Assembly (NCBI GenBank): GCA_963741205.1
Contig: CAVUHW010000026.1
Coordinates: forward strand, 96,001-160,000
Source: Nitrospirota bacterium
GTDB lineage: Bacteria; Nitrospirota; UBA9217
Length of the DNA stretch: 64,000 bases
Direction: 5' to 3'
Shown: positions 46,901-56,735 of the stretch, one piece after another
Position numbering within the stretch: position 1 is the first letter of the stretch
Layout: each line of letters starts with the position of its first letter
Position numbers and translations under genes: made by a program
Notes under the pieces: model-generated
What the model was told of the DNA's origin: nothing
Seen by the model: the letters and a program-made list of their open reading frames with translations, nothing else
The model's database searches: none

Positions 46901-47300
46901 CACTCGCCAGTAAAAGCGCCAGTGCAATGTCCGTGTCCGCATCGGTCGCCGAATTGTTGTCCTGTTTCCATTTCCACGCAAACAGGTGGTCGCCCCTTGT
47001 CATCAGGTGCGTTTTCGTCCATTGATAAACCTGCTGAAACGTCTGACGGTCATTGGTCCATACCGCGCGAAGCATTGCATAGCTCTCACCTTCGGAGGTG
47101 GTGATGCCGTTTTCATCCCAACTGATCACGCGGCCGTCTTTCACGTACGTGTACTTATAGAAATTCCACAATTCATGCAGGCTGTTGAGCTGTTGCAGAG
47201 ATTGGTCGTTTGCATATGCGGTCTTTGCGGAAAAGAGGCAAAGAAAGACTATTCCTAAAAGGAAGACCCTGCGACAGGATTGAAGAACAACGTTAACCAT
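43931..47300 (-). CDS. bcsA: GH8 endoglucanase-cellulose synthase (BcsA-type GT2)-PilZ-PilZ fusion; frameshift near 44104
   Basis: Signal peptide; GH8 motifs TTSEGESY, SATDAD, FSYDA; GT2 motifs DDS, HAKAGNLN, DTDH, QTPH, FFVGS, TED, QRKRW, FKVTPK; PilZ RRQSER/DISLTG; second PilZ RTEVR/NQSTKG after removing one C. Confidence 0.9.
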
Positions 47301-48108
47301 AATGCTGGAGATGCCTTTCCACGATTCTTCTGCGCAAGGCGCATGCCGGGAGAACCCTCGTATTCATATGACCGCCATCGCCCTTCGTGCGGATATTTCT
47401 CGGAATGGAGCAGCCGATTGTCGGTCTTAAGTCGTTTGGAGGGTGTAGCCGGTATCACAGAGGTGAGGAAAGCCATCATGGAATGGCTCTCCTTCTATCC
47501 AATAAAAAACGAGACGTCCGGCGCCGCGGATTTATACCGCTGCGCCGAAGGTCTCGCTCATTGGTTGACGCCAACTGCAGGGCCAGGCTTTGCAGCCAGT
47601 ATGTTGACCCTGTAACGATGGAGCTACTCCCCTTCGGAACTGCTCTTTTTTACCTTAGCTCACGGAAAAAGTCAAGAACTATGATTCGCCGGTGGTCATC
47701 TCCTTGATTTGTCCTTGCCGGAATGTCATCAGCATATCGATGTGACGGCCGGAGTTTATGAGATATTTCATTTTCCCCAAAATACTTCTTGCTATTTACG
47801 ATAAATCCTGTATTATTATGCTCGACTGTTTAACAATGCGGCTGGGATTTGACTGAAGTACCCACACACGTCACCATCTCCCCGCCCTTCATATCATCGA
47901 TCATCAACCCCCCCTTGCTTTCAGCTCCCACTCTGAAATCATAACAGCATATATGGTTGGCGAACGATGTAGTTATGCCGGTCATATCTGTGCTGGCGTC
48001 GTCTTCGCTCTCGGGAATACACATGTGTTCCTGCGGCCCGCACGCAAACCTTTAACGGGATTTCCCTGTCCGCATGAATATTGCTGCCGGGAGAACCAAA
48101 GGAGAATA

Positions 48109-49500
48109 ATGCCTTTTTCAAAACTGCAGCTCATCGAACCGATCCTCAAGGCCATAAAACTGTGCGGCTATACCGCGCCTACGCCCATCCAGGAGCAGGC
48201 CATTCCCAAGGCCCTGGCAGGTCAGGACCTGATCGCAACGGCCCAGACCGGTACCGGGAAAACCGCGGCCTTCGTGATGCCCGCGCTCCAGCGTCTCAGC
48301 GTACCGTCAACCTCCACCAAAAGATCCAAAGGTCCCCGCGTGCTCGTGCTCACGCCCACGCGCGAACTGGCGAACCAGGTGACCGAGGCGGTCAAAACCT
48401 ACGGCAAGTTCATGCGCATCCGAAGCGGTGTTATCCTCGGCGGCATGCCTTATTTCGAACAGCAGCGGCTTCTCTCGCAGCCGGTGGATCTCATCGTCGC
48501 GACTCCCGGGCGGTTGATCGACCACATGGAACGGGGCCGCATCGACTTTTCGCGTCTGGAGCTTCTCATCCTCGACGAAGCGGACCGCATGCTCGACATG
48601 GGCTTCAGCGACGCGGTTGACACCATCGCCGCTGCGACCCCTGCGGACCGCCAGACCCTCATGTTCACGGCGACCATGGACAACGCCATGGCGAAGCTCG
48701 CCCAGCGCCTCCTGAAGGACCCGGTGCGAGTCGAGATCGCGGGAAAAAAGACCACGCTCGAAGCGATCGAGCAGCGGCTCCACGCGGCCGACGACATGCA
48801 GCACAAGAACAGGCTCTTGAACCACCTGATCGCCGACAACGGCATGACCCGGGCGCTCATCTTCTCGGGCACCAAGCGGAACGCCGATCAACTTGCCCGC
48901 GAGCTTACTGCCCAAGGCCACTCCGCGGCCGCCCTGCACGGCGACATGAACCAGAACGCCCGGAACCGCACGATCATGAACATGCGCCGCGGAAAAATCC
49001 GTCTCCTCGTTGCAACGGACGTGGCAGCGCGCGGGCTCGACGTGACCGGCATCACCCATGTGATCAATTACGACCTGCCGAAGAATGCGGAAGACTATGT
49101 CCACCGCATCGGACGCACGGGAAGAGCGGGTGCGTCAGGCATCGCCATCTCCTTCGCGTCGTCAAAAGAAGTAGATTTTCTGCACCAGATCGAACGCTAC
49201 ATAGGACAGACGATCCCCCAGCAGGTGATCCCGGGGCTGGAGCCGTCGCGTCCGTTGCGCCGCTCAAGCGGCGGGAGCAGTCAGGGACCTTCATCAGGCA
49301 AACGCTGGCAGGGGGCTTCGGCAGGCAGGCGCTACGGGCAGAACACCGCGTCAAGAAATCCCTTTGGTTCCAGGACCGACAAAAAGTGGAATGGGGAATC
49401 CCGTTTCAATAATGATGACAAGAAATTCGTCAAGCGCGACGGAGGCAAGTTCGCGGACTTCAAACCGTCCAGACCGGCCCGTCAAAGCCGCTGGGCGTAA
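48109..49500 (+). CDS. DEAD-box RNA helicase (RhlE-like)
   Basis: PTPIQ, AQTGTGKT, PTRELA, DEAD, HRIGRTGR; SD AAGGAG before ATG 48109. Confidence 0.96.
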   Translation: MPFSKLQLIEPILKAIKLCGYTAPTPIQEQAIPKALAGQDLIATAQTGTGKTAAFVMPALQRLSVPSTSTKRSKGPRVLVLTPTRELANQVTEAVKTYGKFMRIRSGVILGGMPYFEQQRLLSQPVDLIVATPGRLIDHMERGRIDFSRLELLILDEADRMLDMGFSDAVDTIAAATPADRQTLMFTATMDNAMAKLAQRLLKDPVRVEIAGKKTTLEAIEQRLHAADDMQHKNRLLNHLIADNGMTRALIFSGTKRNADQLARELTAQGHSAAALHGDMNQNARNRTIMNMRRGKIRLLVATDVAARGLDVTGITHVINYDLPKNAEDYVHRIGRTGRAGASGIAISFASSKEVDFLHQIERYIGQTIPQQVIPGLEPSRPLRRSSGGSSQGPSSGKRWQGASAGRRYGQNTASRNPFGSRTDKKWNGESRFNNDDKKFVKRDGGKFADFKPSRPARQSRWA

Positions 49501-49526
49501 GGAAGACAGATAAAAAACAGTAAAGA

Positions 49527-49620
49527 ACGGTTACGGTTGCGTTTTTCGGTCGTTCGTCATAAGGACGTAACCGTAAGACTCGGAACGGAAGGGCATCGTT
49601 GCCGTAACCGTCGTAACGCG
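49527..49620. repeat. Hexamer (GTTACG/CGTAAC) inverted-repeat element
   Basis: ACGGTTACGGTTGCG ... CGTAACCGTAA ... CGTAACCGTCGTAACG. Confidence 0.65.
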
Positions 49621-49637
49621 CAGTTCCACCCGTCATT

Positions 49638-49665
49638 GCACCCCCTCATCGGGGGTGCTTTTTTT
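49638..49665 (+). terminator. Intrinsic terminator after the helicase
   Basis: GCACCCCC-TCATC-GGGGGTGC-T7. Confidence 0.9.
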
Positions 49666-49802
49666 ATGGTTCAATGAGCTGTTACGCACGAAACGATCAA
49701 AGCAGGACCTCAAAACCGGAATGAAGGCGCATCGCCGATGCGTACGATGCCAAGACCGCGGAGCGCCCGCACCAGCAACGGTTGACCACGTCCCCCGCTG
49801 CA

Positions 49803-50378
49803 TCAGAGGCAACCCTTTTCTACTCCCCAGTAATCGTAAAAGCAAAATTCGCTGAGCGGCTTCCTCGCCGGTCCTTCCTTTTTCTCCTCCACCGGGTACC
49901 CCAGGGGAAAGAGCCCCACGATCCTGATCCCCTCGGGGATATTCAGGAGTTCCTTCACCTTCTCCTCGTCGTAGACCCCCACGAACACCGAGCCCAGGCC
50001 CTGACCCCGCGCCGCCAGCATCAAGTTTTGCGCGGCCAGTCCCGCGTCGACGAGGTAATAGCTCTGTCCCCGCATCGACCCCGACCGCTCCGGGTCCGCG
50101 CACAAGACGATGACGACGGGCGCCTCGGCAAGGGCCTTCATCGAAGGGTTCGACTTGTACGCCTTGGGCGCAAAGTAGGACTCCACATAGGACGAGGCGC
50201 TGATTGCTGCCTTCGCTACCTTGTCCTTTACAACAATAAGGCGCCAGCACTGATAGTTGGCCCACGACGGCGCCATGCGCACCGCTTCAAGAACGGCATT
50301 GAGCTTCTCGTCCTCGACCGGCTTGTCAATATACTTGCGGACGCTCCTCCTGGTCCTGATCGCTTCGAAAAGATCCAT
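49803..50378 (-). CDS. Nitroreductase family protein
   Basis: [39 protein letters not shown]. Confidence 0.93.
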   Translation of the reverse strand: MDLFEAIRTRRSVRKYIDKPVEDEKLNAVLEAVRMAPSWANYQCWRLIVVKDKVAKAAISASSYVESYFAPKAYKSNPSMKALAEAPVVIVLCADPERSGSMRGQSYYLVDAGLAAQNLMLAARGQGLGSVFVGVYDEEKVKELLNIPEGIRIVGLFPLGYPVEEKKEGPARKPLSEFCFYDYWGVEKGCL

Positions 50379-50456
50379 GATGTTCCCCCTTTCCCTTGCT
50401 TTCAGGCTGTGAAAAGATCCTTCATCGCACCTGGGTGCGGCACGGTGAAAGATATT

Positions 50457-51230
50457 TCATTCTTGGCATCCGTCCGCGGTTAAAGACCGTTCGGTCTTTA
50501 CGGTCCTTCGATGTTTTTCAATTTCCTCAAGGACCCTCTCCATTCCCGTTCCCTCGGTTGCCGAAATGAGAATGACCGGCGGGGTCGGCCCGCGAAACAA
50601 CAGGGGGATCGTGTTTTCCAACGTACGCGCGGTCGCGGCAGCATTTTTTAAATCGCCTTTGTTCACGAGGAAGATATCGCCGATCTCCATGATCCCGGCC
50701 TTCATCATCTGGATGTCATCGCCGAGACCGGGCGCGACGACCACCACGACGGTATGGACCGCATGCTTCACGGCGATTTCGCTCTGGCCCGCGCCCGTTG
50801 TTTCGATAAAGATCACGTCCATGCCGAGGGCGTCCAGGATCAGTGCGGCGTCCGCGGCCGTTCGCGAGAGCCCTCCCGTCCCTTTCCGCGTCGCCATGCT
50901 CCGGATGAAGACCCCGTTGTCCCCGAAGTGCTCGTACATCCTGATCCGGTCGCCCAACAGCGCGCCGCCGGTTATCGGGCTCGTCGGATCGATCGCGATC
51001 ACCCCGACCTTCCAGTTTTTTTTCCGCAAAAGCCCGGTGAGTCCGTTGATGATCGTGCTCTTGCCGCTCCCCGACGCGCCGGTAACGCCGACGATGTGCG
51101 CCTTGCCGGTGAAGGGCCTGAGCTCTTGCAGGATGGTTCGCGCCTCATCTCCTTCGTTTTCGACGATCGAGATCAGCCGCGCGGCAACCTGTTTATCGCC
51201 CGTGAACAGTTCGCGGATAAGTTTTTTCAT
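50457..51230 (-). CDS. meaB: MeaB-family GTPase chaperone of acyl-CoA mutases
   Basis: GVTGASGSGKST, IDPTSP.TGGALLGDRIRM, FIRSM, IETTGAGQSE, NKGD. Confidence 0.94.
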   Translation of the reverse strand: MKKLIRELFTGDKQVAARLISIVENEGDEARTILQELRPFTGKAHIVGVTGASGSGKSTIINGLTGLLRKKNWKVGVIAIDPTSPITGGALLGDRIRMYEHFGDNGVFIRSMATRKGTGGLSRTAADAALILDALGMDVIFIETTGAGQSEIAVKHAVHTVVVVVAPGLGDDIQMMKAGIMEIGDIFLVNKGDLKNAAATARTLENTIPLLFRGPTPPVILISATEGTGMERVLEEIEKHRRTVKTERSLTADGCQE

Positions 51231-51437
51231 GGTTCAATTATACTATAACGAGGCGGTGCTTCATCGTATTTCAATTCCGTGAACAGTTAAAGTCCAAAGA
51301 ACTTCGCATGCACTCTGAACGGTCACCTGCCACGACATGGTGGAAATTATCAGTTAATATTTATCCTTCCCCCCCTTGACACGCGTTCTTCTCTCAATAT
51401 CATTAGAATATATCCCTGATCACAAGGAGGAAAAATT

Positions 51438-51929
51438 ATGAGTAAGAAACTTGCCACATCATTCTTGGCTTTCGTATTCTCGTTTTCGCTTGTCTGCCCT
51501 GCCTTTGCCGAGGAAAAGTCCGCTGCCCAGGCGGCGAAACCGACAGAAGGTTGGACGCTCCACATTGATGCAAAAAGGCATTTCCCGAACCTGCCGGACA
51601 TGATTGCCCATCATTACTGCAAGCCGGTATCAGGAGGACTCACGGAATGCCAGCTTTACGACAGCGACAAGCCCGACGCCAGACTGGTCGGAATAGAAGT
51701 GATCGTGAGTAAAGAGACCTGGGGAAAATTCTCCGAGAAAGAGAAAGCGCTCTGGCATTATCACAAGATCGAGATCCCGAAAGTAGAGGCCGTACTCCCC
51801 GATGTCTCCCCTGAAGAGTCGGCAAAGATACTAAAAAGCATCGAAGAGACATACGGCAAAGTTTATATCCTGTGGGACCCTGCAAAGAAGGAGCCGGTAG
51901 GAAAGCCGCAGGTGTCGATACTGCATTAA
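51438..51929 (+). CDS. Exported DUF1264/OBAP-like protein
   Basis: Signal peptide; AHHYC, ECQLYDS, ARLVGIE, EKALWHYH, TYGK; upstream TTGACA-16-TATCAT and SD AAGGAGG. Confidence 0.82.
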   Translation: MSKKLATSFLAFVFSFSLVCPAFAEEKSAAQAAKPTEGWTLHIDAKRHFPNLPDMIAHHYCKPVSGGLTECQLYDSDKPDARLVGIEVIVSKETWGKFSEKEKALWHYHKIEIPKVEAVLPDVSPEESAKILKSIEETYGKVYILWDPAKKEPVGKPQVSILH

Positions 51930-51956
51930 GTTTTCCCAGATTTAAAAATCATATTT

Positions 51957-52031
51957 TGTCATTCCTGCGAAAGCAGGAATCCATGTTGTATTTGAAGAGC
52001 CAATGGATTCCGGGTCAAGCCCGGAATGACA
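51957..52031. repeat. REP-like palindromic element
   Basis: TGTCATTCCTGCGAAAGCAGGAATCCA ... TGGATTCCGGGTCAAGCCCGGAATGACA. Confidence 0.9.
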
Positions 52032-52064
52032 GCGTGAGGATATGAGGCTTTACTAACGAAGTTT

Positions 52065-52499
52065 TTAGTAACCCGTTCTCTTTTTCCCGACCGCTTCTTT
52101 TATGAACCGCACGATCTCAGCGGTCTCGGCGCCGGGTGTAAAGATCGCAGCGACCCCTTTTTTCCTGAGCGCCGCCTGGTCCTCGTCGGGGATGATGCCG
52201 CCGCCGATCAGGAGCGTGTCCCGTAAGCCCTTTTTCTTCATCAACGCCAGGATCGCGGGAAAAAGGACGGTATGAGCGCCGGAGAGCAGGCTTACGCCGA
52301 TCACGTCTACGTCCTCTTCGAGCGCCGCGGAGACGATCTCCTCCGGAGTCCGCCGGAGCCCGAGATAGATGACCTCCATGCCCGCGTCGCGCAGGGCCAT
52401 GGCAATGACCTTGAGCCCCCGGTCATGGCCGTCAAGCCCGGCTTTGGCAAGGAGGACCCGGATCTTTTTTTTAGAAAAGCGCCGGTTCTTTGTATTCAC
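52065..52499 (-). CDS. Acyl-CoA mutase small, cobalamin-binding subunit
   Basis: [10 protein letters not shown] (DxHxxG), SLLSGAH, GGIIP. Confidence 0.95.
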   Translation of the reverse strand: MNTKNRRFSKKKIRVLLAKAGLDGHDRGLKVIAMALRDAGMEVIYLGLRRTPEEIVSAALEEDVDVIGVSLLSGAHTVLFPAILALMKKKGLRDTLLIGGGIIPDEDQAALRKKGVAAIFTPGAETAEIVRFIKEAVGKKRTGY

Positions 52500-54144
52500 C
52501 GAAGACCCCTTTCATCACGCCGCAGATCTCCCCCACCGTCGCGTATGCCTTGACCGCATCGATGATGAGCGGCATGAGGTTATCTTTGCCTGCCGCGGCT
52601 GCTTCGAGCCTGTTTAGTGAAGACGCCCACCGGCCCTTGTCCCGCTTCCGCCGGAGCGCCTGAAGCCGTTGTACCTGCTTTTTTTCAATCTCGGCCCCGA
52701 TCTTCAGGGTCTCGATCGGCCTCTCTTCTTCCGTAAATTCATTCACGCCGACCACGATCTTTTCCTTTTTCTCGATGGCCTGCTGATACCATTGCGCGCT
52801 CCGCGCGATCTCGCGCTGCGGGAACCCCTGTCCGATCGCCTCGACCATTCCCCCCAGGTCCGCGATCCGTTTGAAGTAGGCGTACACCTCATGCTCGATC
52901 TTGTCGGTCAGCGCCTCGATAAAGTAGGAGCCGCCCAAGGGATCGATGACATTGGCGACCCCGCTTTCATGGGCGATGATCTGCTGAGTCCGGAGCGCCA
53001 TGGTCACGGCCCGTTCCGTGGGAAGCGCGAGGGTTTCGTCCATGGAGTTGGTATGGAGCGACTGGGTGCCCCCGAGCACGGCCGCAAGGGCCTGAATGGT
53101 CGTCCGAATGATGTTGTTGTAGGGCTGCTGCGCGGTGAGGGAACAGCCCGCGGTCTGCGTATGAAACCGCATCTGGACCGATTGAGGGTCCTTCGGATGG
53201 TATCTCGCGGTTATCTCCCTCGCCCAGATCCTGCGCGCCGCGCGGAACTTTGCGATCTCCTCGAAAAAATCGTTGTGGGAATTGAAAAAGAACGACAGCC
53301 TGCCGGCGAACTCATCGATCTTCATGCCGGCCTTGACGCAGGCCTCAACATAGGTAAGACCGTCGGTGAGGGTAAAGGCGAGTTCCTGCACGGCGCTCGA
53401 GCCGGCCTCCCGGATGTGATAACCGCTGATGCTGATCGGATGCCATTTCGGGACTTTCCTGACGCAATACGCGATCGTGTCCGTGATGAGCCTTATCGAG
53501 GGTTTTGGAGGGTAGATCCACTCCTTCTGGGCGATGTATTCCTTCAGGATGTCGTTCTGGATCGTGCCGCCGAGCCTGGCCTGCGGGATCCCCTTCTTCT
53601 CCGCAAGAGCAAGATACATGGCAAAAAGGACCGCGGCCGGGGCGTTGATGGTCATCGAGGTCGTGATCCTGTCTAAGGGAATATCCTTGAAGAGGACCTC
53701 CATGTCCGCGAGGGAGTCGACGGCAACCCCGCATCTGCCGACCTCTCCTTTCGATAAGGGATGATCGGAATCATAACCCATCAAGGTCGGCAGATCGAAG
53801 GCCACGGAAAGGCCTGTTACTCCCTCTTTCAGAAGGTACTTGAACCTCCTGTTCGTCTCCTCCGCTGCGCCATAACCGGAAAATTCGCGTATGGTCCACA
53901 GACGACTCCGGTACATGGAGGGATAAATGCCCCTGGTGTAGGGGTACTCGCCGGGAAACCCGAGGTCCTTTGCATAATCCAGCCCCGCGATGTCGGCCGG
54001 CGAATACAGGGGCTCGTCGATCAAAAGATTGGACACCGTGGTAAAGGCAGGGAGCCTCTCGGGTAGCTTTTTCAGACTCGGCCTCAACACCTTTTGCGCC
54101 CATCGCTTCTTTTCGGCTTTGATCTTTTCCGCCTTGTTGTTCAT
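52471..54144 (-). CDS. Acyl-CoA mutase large subunit, isobutyryl-CoA-mutase-like
   Basis: [41 protein letters not shown]; specificity positions WTIREF and KEYIAQKEW. Confidence 0.92.
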   Translation of the reverse strand: MNNKAEKIKAEKKRWAQKVLRPSLKKLPERLPAFTTVSNLLIDEPLYSPADIAGLDYAKDLGFPGEYPYTRGIYPSMYRSRLWTIREFSGYGAAEETNRRFKYLLKEGVTGLSVAFDLPTLMGYDSDHPLSKGEVGRCGVAVDSLADMEVLFKDIPLDRITTSMTINAPAAVLFAMYLALAEKKGIPQARLGGTIQNDILKEYIAQKEWIYPPKPSIRLITDTIAYCVRKVPKWHPISISGYHIREAGSSAVQELAFTLTDGLTYVEACVKAGMKIDEFAGRLSFFFNSHNDFFEEIAKFRAARRIWAREITARYHPKDPQSVQMRFHTQTAGCSLTAQQPYNNIIRTTIQALAAVLGGTQSLHTNSMDETLALPTERAVTMALRTQQIIAHESGVANVIDPLGGSYFIEALTDKIEHEVYAYFKRIADLGGMVEAIGQGFPQREIARSAQWYQQAIEKKEKIVVGVNEFTEEERPIETLKIGAEIEKKQVQRLQALRRKRDKGRWASSLNRLEAAAAGKDNLMPLIIDAVKAYATVGEICGVMKGVFGEYKEPALF

Positions 54145-54240
54145 GTTCCCATCCTCGAAAGCATTACCACGGCACAGACCTGATTTCCGAAAGAGAAGCC
54201 ATGAGCAGAAGGTTTACAACATTTCCGAGGGCTCCCGTGT

Positions 54241-54678
54241 TTATGCCGCAAGTTTTTCAAGCCTGGCGATCAGCTTGATTTCGACGCCGGCCAGGGCCAT
54301 TGACACAGGGCAATTTTTCTTGGCCAGTTCGGCCTTTTCTCTAAAGGTTTTCTCATCAATGCCCGGCGCCTTGCCTTCCGTATCGAGTTCTATGGTCGTG
54401 ATCTTGTAACCGTCTCCGTATTTGTCTACAGTCACCTTGGCCACGGTATGGATATGTTCGACCCGATATCCGGCCTGCCCGAGTATCACGGCGAGCGCCA
54501 TGCTGAAGCAGCCCGCGTGCGCTGCTCCGATCAGTTCCTCCGGGTTGGTGCCGTTCGCATGTTCGAAGCGGGAGCCGAAGGAATAATTCCCCTCAAAATA
54601 ACCGCTTCCGAGCTTTACTTTTCCCTTCCCTTTTTTAATATCCCCTTCCCACAGGGCTTCAGCTGTACGTACTATCAT
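54241..54678 (-). CDS. osmC: OsmC-family peroxiredoxin
   Basis: YSFGSRFE, TNPEELIGAAHAGCFSMAL, AKKNCPVS. Confidence 0.94.
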   Translation of the reverse strand: MIVRTAEALWEGDIKKGKGKVKLGSGYFEGNYSFGSRFEHANGTNPEELIGAAHAGCFSMALAVILGQAGYRVEHIHTVAKVTVDKYGDGYKITTIELDTEGKAPGIDEKTFREKAELAKKNCPVSMALAGVEIKLIARLEKLAA

Positions 54679-54806
54679 AGGCACCTCCTCGCGGACCGGG
54701 GAAAACCATTCGTCCGCGCGTTCACATCCTTTTTTCCCTACTAATCCAATTGTATCACCAATATATTGACCAGACATCGTAAAAAATATTCGTGCTTCCC
54801 CCTCGG

Positions 54807-55874
54807 TCAAGTTCGCAAGGGGTTTATCCTCACGGTCCCCGCCTCCCCCTCCTGCCCCGTCACCCGGATATCACATTTGATGAACTCCTGCACAACCCTG
54901 ATGTTCGTGAGCAGGTGCCGGGTAATTCGGCTCGTCGTAAATTCCGACGCGCCCCCGGCCAGAGCGAGGTAGTGAACCACTTGGTCCGCCAGGTGAGGCT
55001 CGAGCGCGGCGCCGGTATCCAGGTAGTCGAAGAGCTTTTGACATGCCTCCTCAGCCACTTCCTCAGCTCTTTTACCGATGGCGCCGAGCGCGTCAAAGCC
55101 CGCCCGCACGTTCTCGAACTCGGCGAGCAGAAAGACGAGCGTGCCCTTGCCCGGAGAAGGCGCGCTTACCAGCTCGATCTCCGCGTCGATCCCTCTTTGC
55201 GAAAGGTTTTTAATTGCCCGGTCCCGCTGCCTGACAGCTATTTCATGCGGCAGGTTAGAAACAGCGGAGACCCCGCTCACGCGCAAAAGCCTCCCCCGAT
55301 CGGTCAAGACAAGCGGCAGCGCCTCCTTCTGCGGCCTGATGCGCGCCGTCACTTTTCCGCCCCCCGCGGGATACCAGCCCCAGGTCGAGAGGAGAACGTC
55401 GGCGCTCGCGCCGATCGCTGCGAGCGCCGGAATAAACACGAGTTGCAGATAATGCACGGTCGGACTCCAGGGCACATGCGTACCGCCTCTTACCGTTATT
55501 GTTGATGGAGCATTTGCGAAACAGAGCGGAGGAAGGATTGTCTGCAGGACAAGGGAGGCGCTCCCGGCGCTCCCCTTCTTCTCGGAAACGTCGAAGAAGT
55601 ACTCTTCGCCGACGACCGCGTTCGGGAAGAAACGGACGGCAGTTGACGAAAGGTTAGCGCCTTCTACCCTGGCCCGGCTCACGGCGGCCGCGGCATTGAC
55701 TGCCGTCAGATGCTGCGGCTGAAGTCCGGGCTTCTTGCGCGCAGTGCGGATGTTGACAATCTCCACGGGGACGCTCAGCGCGCAGGAAAGCGCCAGAGAA
55801 GTCCTGAGGATCTGTCCTCCGCCCTCGCCCAGGGAGCCGTCGATAAAGATTATTTTGTCGTTCGATGACGGCAT
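54807..55874 (-). CDS. rtcA: RNA 3'-terminal phosphate cyclase
   Basis: IDGSLGEGGGQILR, PGLQPQH, GGTHV, GWYPAGGG, HLADQ, HLLTN. Confidence 0.96.
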   Translation of the reverse strand: MPSSNDKIIFIDGSLGEGGGQILRTSLALSCALSVPVEIVNIRTARKKPGLQPQHLTAVNAAAAVSRARVEGANLSSTAVRFFPNAVVGEEYFFDVSEKKGSAGSASLVLQTILPPLCFANAPSTITVRGGTHVPWSPTVHYLQLVFIPALAAIGASADVLLSTWGWYPAGGGKVTARIRPQKEALPLVLTDRGRLLRVSGVSAVSNLPHEIAVRQRDRAIKNLSQRGIDAEIELVSAPSPGKGTLVFLLAEFENVRAGFDALGAIGKRAEEVAEEACQKLFDYLDTGAALEPHLADQVVHYLALAGGASEFTTSRITRHLLTNIRVVQEFIKCDIRVTGQEGEAGTVRINPLRT

Positions 55875-56172
55875 GTCAGTACCTGATCACGATGCGTCAA
55901 TCAGAAAAAGTCACTTGGAAACGTGGAGACGCTGAGGCAAAGACATTGACCACCGTAGGGCTTACTCCGCGCATTCCGAAACTCTGCGGTGAGATCCGGC
56001 TTTTTACGAATTTATCAATGATGATTATACACGAATTTTAGAGAATGTTGCTTGCGAGAAAAATGCGGCGAGGAAGGACGTTCAGGCTTAACGCGGCGTC
56101 TGCCTTTTATTTATTTGACGAGTTGTGCTATACTGAAAACCTTGAGTGAACTTCACACCCAAAGGACAATCC

Positions 56173-56643
56173 ATGCCGAATACTCCCGTCATCCTGCGGT
56201 GCAGGATCTGTAGAACATTGAACCGCGTTCCGGCGGACAAACTGTCGGGTCGTCCGCTCTGCGGCCAGTGCAAGGCGCCGCTGGACTTCCCCCGTGCCCC
56301 GCTCAACGTGACAACGGCGAGCTATGATCAGCAGGTCAACGACTGGCCGGAGGTCGTGCTTGCCGAATTCTGGGCGAAGTGGTGCGGCTACTGCCGCGCG
56401 ATAGAGCCCTTTATCGACAATCTCGCAGCGAAGCGGGCGGGCAGGCTCAAGATCATCAGGGTGGACGTGGATTCCGAGCAGCCCCTCGCCCGGCGTTTCA
56501 CGATCAAGGCCACCCCCACCTTCATCCTTTACCGGAACGGCCGTCAGCTTGCCCGCATGGACGGCGCGCCCCAGCAGCAGAGCGAACTTGAACGCTGGAT
56601 CGACCAGACCCTGCGGCGAGGCAGCTCGTCATCAGACAGCTGA
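56173..56643 (+). CDS. trxC: Thioredoxin 2-like protein with N-terminal Zn finger
   Basis: CRIC...CGQC zinc finger and FWAKWCGYC active site. Confidence 0.85.
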   Translation: MPNTPVILRCRICRTLNRVPADKLSGRPLCGQCKAPLDFPRAPLNVTTASYDQQVNDWPEVVLAEFWAKWCGYCRAIEPFIDNLAAKRAGRLKIIRVDVDSEQPLARRFTIKATPTFILYRNGRQLARMDGAPQQQSELERWIDQTLRRGSSSSDS

Positions 56644-56735
56644 TCTTTATAGCGACACAGGATGGCAGGTAATCTGCTTCATGTCCCATCGATTTTTCAG
56701 GTGACTACGCGGAAGCGGGAGAGAATAACATCGCA

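Noticed and set aside
47301-47760. c-di-GMP riboswitch or small bcs accessory gene upstream of the synthase
   Set aside because: Only a GCAAAG fragment matches, with no convincing GEMM two-hairpin structure, and the short ORFs show no recognisable motifs.
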